The translations under genes were made by a program, and so were the position numbers. Below the pieces are notes generated by a model. It searched no databases and was not told where the DNA came from. It saw nothing but the letters and a program-made list of their open reading frames with translations. A stretch of 64,000 nucleotides of DNA, taken from assembly GCA_023411645.1 (NCBI GenBank), contig JAEYON010000055.1:17118-81117 (forward strand). Reading direction: 5' to 3'. Position 1 is the first letter of the stretch. Every line of letters begins with the position of its first letter. Positions 57,568 to 64,000 of this stretch are shown piece after piece. The DNA comes from Bacillota bacterium. GTDB taxonomy: Bacteria > Bacillota > Clostridia > Acetivibrionales > DTU013.

Positions 57568-58897
57568 AATGGATAATTCGTATGTTGTAATGCTGGCTGA
57601 GGAAATCAGGAAGGAGATTACGCAGGAGCTTGACCGATCCGGATGTATTACTGACGACGAGATTATGGACAGAGTAACGGAGGCCATTTTTCGAAGATCT
57701 GCCCAAAAGTATATGAGTATTGCCGAAAAAAATACTCTGGCTGAAACGGTATTCAATTCAATGAGACGTCTTGATATTTTGCAGCCGCTCATAGACGACA
57801 AAAGCATCACAGAGATCATGATCAATGGACCGGACAGGCTTTTTATTGAACGCGAAGGCCGTGTTTCCGATATCAGGCTTGGGTTTGAAAGCGCTGAAAA
57901 GCTGGAGGATGTGATCCAGACGATCGTATCCAGAACAAACAGGACGGTCAATGAAGCGTCACCCATTGTGGATTTAAGCCTTCCGGACGGATCAAGGGTG
58001 AATGTCGTACTCAAGCCGATTGCACTGAACGGCCCTATTATGACGATAAGAAAGTTTCCTGAGAAACCCATGACGATGGAAATGCTTATTGAAGCAGGTT
58101 CAATCAGCGCTGAAGCGGCAGAAGATCTTAGTTGCCTGGTGCGGGCAAAGTATAACATCTTCATCTGCGGAGGGACAGGCAGCGGGAAGACGACCTTTTT
58201 AAATGCGCTTTCGGGAAGGATTCCAGGTGATGAAAGACTTATCACCATAGAGGATTCAGCTGAGCTGCAGATCAATGGCGTGGACAATATTGTGAGGCTT
58301 GAGACCCGTAATGCAAACAGCGAAGGTAGGGGTAGGATTACCATTCGTGAACTGATAAAAACGTCACTAAGGATGAGGCCGGAAAGAATTATCGTTGGAG
58401 AGGTGAGGGGAGAGGAAGCTCTCGATATGCTGCAGGCAATGAATACAGGTCATGACGGTTCTCTTTCCACGGGACATGCCAACTCTGCTTCCGATATGCT
58501 AAAAAGGCTTGAGACCATGGTACTTGCAGCTGCACCGCTGCCTTTAGAGGCAGTCAGACAGCAGATCGCTTCCGCGATTAATATCGTTATACACCTTGCA
58601 AGACTTCGAGATAAGAGCAGACGGGTGCTGGAGATATGTGAGGTTTCAGACTGCCACAACGGTCGGATTCGGTTGAACCCACTTTACTTATTTGAGGAAG
58701 ATGTGGATTTGGAACAGAGTAAGCCGGCCCATTCCAGAGAGGACGGTTTACAGCTAATGCGAAATGATCTAAAACCTATGCAGGATTGCTTGCATAAAGC
58801 GGTAACCGGGCGCCTGAAGTGGACAGGGAACAATCTTATAAATATAGGCAAATTAAAAATGGCAGGAATATCATGTAGATTGATTGGAGATGCATAA
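57551..58897 (+). CDS. cpaF: CpaF/TadA-family type-IV-pilus/secretion ATPase
   Basis: 448 aa. Walker A GGTGSGKTT, with family Asp/His boxes (IIVGEVRGEEALDMLQAMNTGHDGSLSTGHAN). It overlaps the upstream gene by 17 nt. Confidence 0.9.
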   Translation: MNILPEMDNSYVVMLAEEIRKEITQELDRSGCITDDEIMDRVTEAIFRRSAQKYMSIAEKNTLAETVFNSMRRLDILQPLIDDKSITEIMINGPDRLFIEREGRVSDIRLGFESAEKLEDVIQTIVSRTNRTVNEASPIVDLSLPDGSRVNVVLKPIALNGPIMTIRKFPEKPMTMEMLIEAGSISAEAAEDLSCLVRAKYNIFICGGTGSGKTTFLNALSGRIPGDERLITIEDSAELQINGVDNIVRLETRNANSEGRGRITIRELIKTSLRMRPERIIVGEVRGEEALDMLQAMNTGHDGSLSTGHANSASDMLKRLETMVLAAAPLPLEAVRQQIASAINIVIHLARLRDKSRRVLEICEVSDCHNGRIRLNPLYLFEEDVDLEQSKPAHSREDGLQLMRNDLKPMQDCLHKAVTGRLKWTGNNLINIGKLKMAGISCRLIGDA

Positions 58898-59640
58898 TGC
58901 AGGATTTTGATTCATATGTGATGACCTTAAGGGAAAAAGTTCTATACACGGCTATGGCGGCAATTGTAATTTTTTCTGTTGCTTTCATTTTCTATAGGAG
59001 CATTTTTCTTTCTCTGCTGCTTACTCCGCTGGCACTATTTTATCCGCGAATCAAAACAAAGGACATAATTAAAAAGCGCAAAAAAGAGCTGAATATTCAG
59101 TTTAAGGATATGCTGTACTCGCTCTCATCGTCCCTGTCGGCGGGAAGGACAGTTGAGTCTGCCTTCAGGGAAGCTCTCAAGGATCTGTCTGTCCTGTATC
59201 CTGATCCGTCGGCCTATATTTTGGTAGAGATAAGCAGGATCATCAGCAAGCTGGATATTAATGAGACATTGGAGTATGCCCTGTCAGACTTTGCAAGCCG
59301 AGCAAAGCTGGAGGACGTTGATAGCTTTGTAAACGTGTTTAATATAAGCAAGAGAACCGGCGGAAATATTGCAGAGGTAATTAGAAATACATCAGCCATT
59401 ATCAGTGACAGAATTGAGGTGGGGCAGGAGGTGGATACGATGCTTGCTGAACGAAGATTTGAACAGAAAGTGCTGAATATGGTTCCAATTTTAATGATAG
59501 TGCTTTTGTCGTTCAGTGCGCCTGATTACCTGAGCCCAGTTTTCACTACGATGGCCGGCCGGTTGACAATGAGCGCATCCATTGTATTGTTGGTGATTGC
59601 CTGGCTGATATCGGCAAAATTAAACAACATAAAGCTGTGA
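58897..59640 (+). CDS. tadB: TadB-like inner-membrane platform protein (T2SS-F domain)
   Basis: 247 aa. N-terminal TM, cytoplasmic helical T2SSF-type domain and C-terminal TM helices. TAATG overlap with cpaF. Confidence 0.7.
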   Translation: MQDFDSYVMTLREKVLYTAMAAIVIFSVAFIFYRSIFLSLLLTPLALFYPRIKTKDIIKKRKKELNIQFKDMLYSLSSSLSAGRTVESAFREALKDLSVLYPDPSAYILVEISRIISKLDINETLEYALSDFASRAKLEDVDSFVNVFNISKRTGGNIAEVIRNTSAIISDRIEVGQEVDTMLAERRFEQKVLNMVPILMIVLLSFSAPDYLSPVFTTMAGRLTMSASIVLLVIAWLISAKLNNIKL

Positions 59641-59647
59641 GGTTAAA

Positions 59648-60508
59648 ATGATCCTGATTTTTGTTGTATTCTCTTTCATTGTGACCACACTATATTTGGT
59701 CTCATATAAGCAGTATGCTGCTCTTACGGAACAAGTAGAAAGGAAGTTGTATCCCATGAAGAGGATTCTTCCGGTTGGCTTGTATCTGCTGGACACCTTT
59801 AAGTACAGCTTCAATACCGGCTATGACCGAAGGCTGGCAGCGGCAATAACAGAGCTTTATGGCCACAAGCGGACTCTTGTCCTGCTCAAGGTTCATTGGG
59901 GGAATAAGCTCTCGATGATGCTTGTATCCTTGCTTTTCTCTCTTTTTATTGGGCTTTTTACAAAGCCGGACGCCGGATATTTGTTATTTTGCACAGCTCT
60001 GCCCATAGGCATTGCAGTTTTCAATGATAAAGACCTTTTTGAGAAGGTTAAAAAAAGGAGAATGGCCATACAGCTCGATTTCCCTGACTTTGTAAACAAG
60101 CTGACACTTTTGGTCAATGCAGGGATGACAGTTTCAAAGGCATGGGATAAAATCTCTTCCGATAGCGGCAGCCAAATGCCGTTGTATATGGAGGTGGGAT
60201 CGGCTATTGCTGATATCAGATCCGGGATTCCCGAACATAAGGCATTTGAGGAATTTGCAAAAAGATGCCGTGTACCGGTGATCACACGCTTTATTTCTGT
60301 CATTTTACAGAATATAAAAAAAGGAAATGCTGAGCTTGTACCTATTTTGAGAGTATTCGCCAACGAATGCTGGGAGCTTCGGAAGAACACCGCTAAAAGG
60401 CTCGGTGAGGAAGCCTCAACAAAATTGTTGCTGCCGATGATGCTTATGTTCGCGGCTATTTTACTTATTGTAGGCATGCCGGCAGTGCTGGCTTTAAACA
60501 ACATATAG
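59648..60508 (+). CDS. tadC: TadC-like inner-membrane platform protein (T2SS-F domain)
   Basis: 286 aa with the same architecture as TadB, immediately downstream of it. Confidence 0.7.
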   Translation: MILIFVVFSFIVTTLYLVSYKQYAALTEQVERKLYPMKRILPVGLYLLDTFKYSFNTGYDRRLAAAITELYGHKRTLVLLKVHWGNKLSMMLVSLLFSLFIGLFTKPDAGYLLFCTALPIGIAVFNDKDLFEKVKKRRMAIQLDFPDFVNKLTLLVNAGMTVSKAWDKISSDSGSQMPLYMEVGSAIADIRSGIPEHKAFEEFAKRCRVPVITRFISVILQNIKKGNAELVPILRVFANECWELRKNTAKRLGEEASTKLLLPMMLMFAAILLIVGMPAVLALNNI

Positions 60509-60551
60509 GAAATAGTGACAGCAAACTTATATAAGGATGGGGGTGAATTGA

Positions 60552-60764
60552 ATGAGTTATTTTTTTAGGAGGTTTGTCAGGGAGGATGGGCTCGGTACAG
60601 TGGAAATCGTCGTCATTATTGCGGTTCTTGTGGGTATTGCTCTAATTTTCAGAGATGCAATCATTAATTTTGTTACGGACATTATGGAAGGTGTGTTTGC
60701 TGATGACACTATTTCAAGGGACATAAACAGCAGCATCATCAGAAACAGCAACCAGATCAATTAA
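60552..60764 (+). CDS. flp: Flp-family type-IVb prepilin
   Basis: 70 aa. Charged leader MSYFFRRFVREDG, then LGTVEIVVIIAVLVGIALIF, matching the Flp G/xxxxE[YI] processing motif followed by a hydrophobic helix. Confidence 0.7.
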   Translation: MSYFFRRFVREDGLGTVEIVVIIAVLVGIALIFRDAIINFVTDIMEGVFADDTISRDINSSIIRNSNQIN

Positions 60765-60873
60765 GGACATGAAAATTCGACTTTCACTAAAATCTTTTCT
60801 AGACAGGGCTGGCAACTGAGGGAGCTAGTCGAAGCTACGCTTTCCTCTCGCCGCTCGCCTATGTGTGCTGGGG

Positions 60874-60978
60874 CTGGTCGCAAGCTTTGCTTGACTGGTC
60901 GCAAACTACGTTTGACTGGTCGCAAACTACGTTTGCTGCTCGTCCATGCAACCCGGCTGCACGCCCATGCATCCGGGC
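60874..60978. repeat. 21-bp-periodic tandem array (5 units in two sub-families) in a GC-rich intergenic insert
   Basis: Units at 60874, 60895 and 60916 read CTGGTCGCAAGCTTTGCTTGA, CTGGTCGCAAACTACGTTTGA and CTGGTCGCAAACTACGTTTGC. Units at 60937 and 60958 read TGCTCGTCCATGCAACCCGGC and TGCACGCCCATGCATCCGGGC (17/21 identical). Confidence 0.85.
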
Positions 60979-61017
60979 TCGAAGAACTATATGCCGAGGT
61001 TAAAGGAGTTGAATCAT

Positions 61018-62466
61018 ATGGCTCAGGTACAAAATCAGTTAGAAGGCTTGACCTTTTCATACGAAAATGAGGCATCGGCCAATTTTCTTGTTGCTTTATG
61101 TGAGTCAAAGTTAATCGAGTATCAGGTGCAAATGCTGGAACACAACCTGATCCGACATGTTATTTCGCCTGTGATGGTTAGAAAGGAAGGAGTTAATCAC
61201 TTTTATTATAACATTACTTCAAAGATTCCCTTGTCCTTTATGCTTAAAAGGCATAAGCTCAGCAGAGAGGCTTTTCTCAGGCTGCTCCTTCAAATAACTT
61301 CCGCTGTGAACGACTCATCCGGGTATCTGCTTGGTATCTCGAATTTTATTATCGATCCGGAGTATATCTATATCAATCCTGAAACATTGGAACCGTCATT
61401 GGTCTATGTCCCTGCCGCTATCAATCAAAACGGCTGTGAAGCAATAAGGTGCTTTATTTCCGAGCTTCTGCTGGCACATATCCATGTAGATGGGTTTGAC
61501 AGGGGAAACATGGTTCAGAAGATATTATCCGCAGTTAACAGTGACATATTCAATATAAAAGTCTGTGTGGCGCTTATGAATGAGCTTATGTACGGACAGG
61601 AGATGAATGAAGGGATGGTACAGCCGGAAGAAGCAATACAGTCTACAGGATCAATACAGCCTGTAAGATCAACACATCCTACAGTATCAGTGAAGCCTTC
61701 AAGGGCTAGAAGAGAGGATTCACCGGCTGTATTTAATGACAAAAAAGATAAAAAAGAGGAGAAAAATACAATAAAAGAGAATAAAAGGACAAACGGCAAC
61801 AAGTCTGTACTCATTACTATTGGTGCAGTGTTACTGCAGTTTGTAATGGGTGGTTTAATTTACATGAACCGAGGATTTCTAAAAAGTATCGGCGATAACC
61901 AGACCGCCACATTTGCAGCAGTTGCAATGATTGTGCTTGCGGTTGATGTGCTTTTATTCAAGAAAATAACTGATGCAAAGTTGATACAAATTAACAGTAA
62001 ACAGGAGCCAAAGATTACTCCGGAGCTACTCAAAGAAGAAGTGAAGTACGCGGCAGACCCCAAGCTGCTGCCAATCCGCGAAATGGCCGAGCAGAACGAG
62101 ATACCAGCCGGCGGGACTGAAAAAGTTATCTGCAAGACAGAGCTTCTTGTAAACGATAAAAAAGGCTGCCGCATTTTGCGCAGTACCGGTAAGCATAGCG
62201 GGGATGAAGACATTATTATTGATAAGGACGATTTTATCATAGGCAGACTGGCCGAGCATGTTGACTATATCCTGAAAAATAATGCTGTCGGGAAGCTGCA
62301 TGCAGAGTTGATTTATAGAAACGGTACATGCTTTGTAAAGGATTTGAATACTGTGAATGGGACTTTTATTAATAATACCCGGATTGACAGCAATAAAGAG
62401 GTTGAGCTGAAGGAAAGTGACAGACTCCAGTTGGCGAACAGTGAGTTTGTGCTGACATACAGTTAG
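61018..62466 (+). CDS. Membrane protein with an unknown N-terminal cytoplasmic domain, two TM helices and a C-terminal FHA domain
   Basis: The ORF track starts at 60946. ATG 61018 has AAAGGAG upstream. FHA signature ..IIGR....D..L.NNAVGKLHAEL.....CFVKDLNTVNGTFINN.R... There is a Lys-rich linker and TM helices around aa 270-330. Confidence 0.8.
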   Translation: MAQVQNQLEGLTFSYENEASANFLVALCESKLIEYQVQMLEHNLIRHVISPVMVRKEGVNHFYYNITSKIPLSFMLKRHKLSREAFLRLLLQITSAVNDSSGYLLGISNFIIDPEYIYINPETLEPSLVYVPAAINQNGCEAIRCFISELLLAHIHVDGFDRGNMVQKILSAVNSDIFNIKVCVALMNELMYGQEMNEGMVQPEEAIQSTGSIQPVRSTHPTVSVKPSRARREDSPAVFNDKKDKKEEKNTIKENKRTNGNKSVLITIGAVLLQFVMGGLIYMNRGFLKSIGDNQTATFAAVAMIVLAVDVLLFKKITDAKLIQINSKQEPKITPELLKEEVKYAADPKLLPIREMAEQNEIPAGGTEKVICKTELLVNDKKGCRILRSTGKHSGDEDIIIDKDDFIIGRLAEHVDYILKNNAVGKLHAELIYRNGTCFVKDLNTVNGTFINNTRIDSNKEVELKESDRLQLANSEFVLTYS

Positions 62467-62509
62467 TTATGACAGAAGTAAAAATGCTATTTCAGGGGAA
62501 AATAAAAGG

Positions 62510-63874
62510 ATGAATATAAGGAACAGTTTGTTTCGGAGATCATGCAGATGGTTTGGTAAGGTAAAAGTGAGAAAGTGCCTGGAGATTCTGATGCCCATTA
62601 TCATTTTTTCAATGACAGTATTCAATATTCCCGGTAAAGCGATGGCTGAATACACGGAAACAACGGTAAAGACAACTGCCGAAACAACAGTTGAAGCAGG
62701 TGCAGAAGCAGCGGTAGATGCAGCAGAAGAACAGATGAGTGAAACAGCGTACAGGATAAAGCCCTTACAGGAACAGCTTGCACAGATGACCGATGCTGCC
62801 ATTGACATTGGTGTAAACAAGTTCGCTGATATGGACAAGCACTGGAGCCGCAAGGTAGTTGGAAAGCTCACCGGCCTTGGTATTATTGCCGGTTATGACG
62901 GAAAATTCTGGCCGGGGAATCAGGTACAGGCTGATCAGTTTATAAAGATGGCTATTATGGCGATGGGGTACAAGATAGAGCAAGGGACTGATTACTGGGC
63001 TCAGCCGTACATAGAAACCGCTTTGAGCGAAGGACTTGTTGAGAAAGGCGAATTTGCAGACTATAAAAAGCCTCTGACACGTGAGCAGATGGCAAGGATC
63101 ATCGTCCGGGCAGCACTGAAGGTGGATGAAAAGCCTGACGGCCAGTATGACCCTTACATCATCGGAAAGGTAGCAGACTACGAACAAATTGACGACAATT
63201 TAAAGCAGCATGTTCTTGATTCATACAAGCTTGGCCTTATACAAGGGTCTGGCAGTAAGTTCCGCCCGAAGGATACGTTAACCAGGGCCGAGGCCGCCGC
63301 AGTGATTATCAGGATCCTGGACACGGCTGAAAGAAAGCCAACGGTTCCGGGAGAGGATGAGATTATTCGAGTAAATGATACATTGGATATCCCTGTTGTT
63401 ATTTATCCAGGAAGTGTGAGAGAGCTGTTCGACGTTGCGAAGGCAACAGAAGCTGCAATACCTAAAGCAAAAGGGCATATATATTTTACCATTGGTAATA
63501 GCGGAAAATATATTAGCGCTACTATGTACAAAGATGAAGCTACCTTTAAACAAAATATTATGAGTTTCATTGCCACATTTAAAATAGCCTACAATGATAG
63601 CACAGCAGTATATGCGTATGATTTGACTGTCTATAATGATGAATTGTATGCAAAATTGTTTCCAGATTTCACTAGAGAGATATTTAAAACAATTTTTGAA
63701 AAGGACGCTCAAAAAGCAATTAAACTTCATGATCAGTACATGACCCAGCGGTATACCAGAACTGATGGATATAATGATTATACACAGACAGTAATAAATA
63801 ATCGCGCTACTGACTTTTTGCGTTTTAACGATGCTCAGTTTGGAATCCACATAAAACTAAAGGGTGTTAAATGA
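62510..63874 (+). CDS. Secreted protein with three SLH domains and an unassigned C-terminal domain
   Basis: 454 aa. Signal peptide (..IPGKAMA/EY). SLH motifs (FADMDKHWSRKVVGKLTGLGIIAG.., ..LTREQMARIIVRA.., ..FRPKDTLTRAEAAAVIIRIL). Confidence 0.7.
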   Translation: MNIRNSLFRRSCRWFGKVKVRKCLEILMPIIIFSMTVFNIPGKAMAEYTETTVKTTAETTVEAGAEAAVDAAEEQMSETAYRIKPLQEQLAQMTDAAIDIGVNKFADMDKHWSRKVVGKLTGLGIIAGYDGKFWPGNQVQADQFIKMAIMAMGYKIEQGTDYWAQPYIETALSEGLVEKGEFADYKKPLTREQMARIIVRAALKVDEKPDGQYDPYIIGKVADYEQIDDNLKQHVLDSYKLGLIQGSGSKFRPKDTLTRAEAAAVIIRILDTAERKPTVPGEDEIIRVNDTLDIPVVIYPGSVRELFDVAKATEAAIPKAKGHIYFTIGNSGKYISATMYKDEATFKQNIMSFIATFKIAYNDSTAVYAYDLTVYNDELYAKLFPDFTREIFKTIFEKDAQKAIKLHDQYMTQRYTRTDGYNDYTQTVINNRATDFLRFNDAQFGIHIKLKGVK

Positions 63875-63894
63875 TGGAGGGAGGAATTTGTAAT

Positions 63895-64000
63895 ATGAAA
63901 ACGATATTTTTCCGCATACTTGCATTTTTTTTATGCCTCGTCCTGATGGCGCTTTCCCTTTCGTCCTTTGCTGCTACTGCCACAAGATATGAAAACAGTG
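63895..64000 (+). CDS. Secreted protein, 5' fragment (runs off the window)
   Basis: GGAGGGAGG RBS. MKTIFFRILAFFLCLVLMALSLSSFAATATRYENS.. is a clear signal peptide. Confidence 0.5.
   Translation, partial: MKTIFFRILAFFLCLVLMALSLSSFAATATRYENS

Noticed and set aside
57511-58344. Long antisense ORFs inside well-supported genes (for example 57511-58344, 59893-60504, 43285-43842, 63278-63850, 26751-27263, 9535-9978)
   Set aside because: These are shadow ORFs opposite strongly supported genes. Their products are low-complexity or Ser/Leu/Ile-rich with no recognisable domains.
60874-60978. CRISPR array
   Set aside because: The units abut directly with no spacers, the period is 21 bp, and no cas genes are present.
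60761-61108. ORFs on both strands across the repeat array (60861-61070 plus strand, 60761-61108 minus strand), which would encode heptad-repeat peptides (LTGRKLR / KRSLRPV)
   Set aside because: Neither has a Shine-Dalgarno sequence. Both overlap the well-supported FHA gene start at 61018, which has AAAGGAG upstream. The open frames are a by-product of a 21-bp (7-codon) repeat.

Overview
This 64-kb segment looks like chromosome from a low-GC Gram-positive bacterium. It is probably a Clostridia-type organism with an S-layer, because three separate SLH-domain proteins are encoded. I recognise no rRNA, CRISPR array, transposase or integrase.

Gene content, in order:
- 13-6427: a sugar-utilisation cluster with a solute-binding lipoprotein, an amidohydrolase, a DegT-type aminotransferase, a TIM-barrel isomerase and a DUF5060/DUF4038 glycosidase-like protein. 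It ends at a decayed initiator-tRNA 3' remnant.
- 6588-8580 (minus strand): a GMP-synthase paralog with a truncated glutaminase domain that lacks the catalytic triad, directly downstream of a PilZ c-di-GMP receptor gene.
- 9.5-22.4 kb: a DeoR-associated catabolic island of unknown substrate. It encodes an FGGY kinase, two Gfo/Idh/MocA oxidoreductases, a Zn-dependent alcohol dehydrogenase, a FucI-like isomerase, two or three xylose-isomerase-like TIM barrels and an RbsBAC-like ABC importer.
- 22.5-31.6 kb: a methyl-accepting chemotaxis protein, an MFS transporter, a GGDEF cyclase, a CE7 esterase, an EamA transporter and a small redox/membrane trio.
- 31749-31825 (minus strand): tRNA-Arg(CCT).
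- 32.1-35.6 kb: a ~1160-aa surface protein with about ten FN3 repeats and three SLH domains.
- 35.7-46.4 kb: an AKR-ferredoxin, galM, pepF, an M29 aminopeptidase and a NarL-type two-component system with an ABC-2 exporter.
- 46.5-53.1 kb (minus strand): a SWIM-SNF2 helicase, a SAM methyltransferase and HelD.
- 53.2-55.8 kb (minus strand): an SLH-transglutaminase-like protein and two unannotated tiny membrane peptides.
- 56.2-64.0 kb: a Tad/Flp-type pilus operon (CpaE-like, CpaF, TadB, TadC, Flp). An unexplained GC-rich 21-bp-periodic hairpin array follows the pilin gene, then a membrane FHA protein and an SLH protein.

The candidates I consider most worth follow-up are the PilZ + degenerate-GuaA pair, the atypical Tad locus with its repeat array, and the unassigned catabolic island. 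All calls come from reading the sequence and the ORF track and from remembered family motifs. No searches were run. Hand-placed small features may be off by 1-2 nt.
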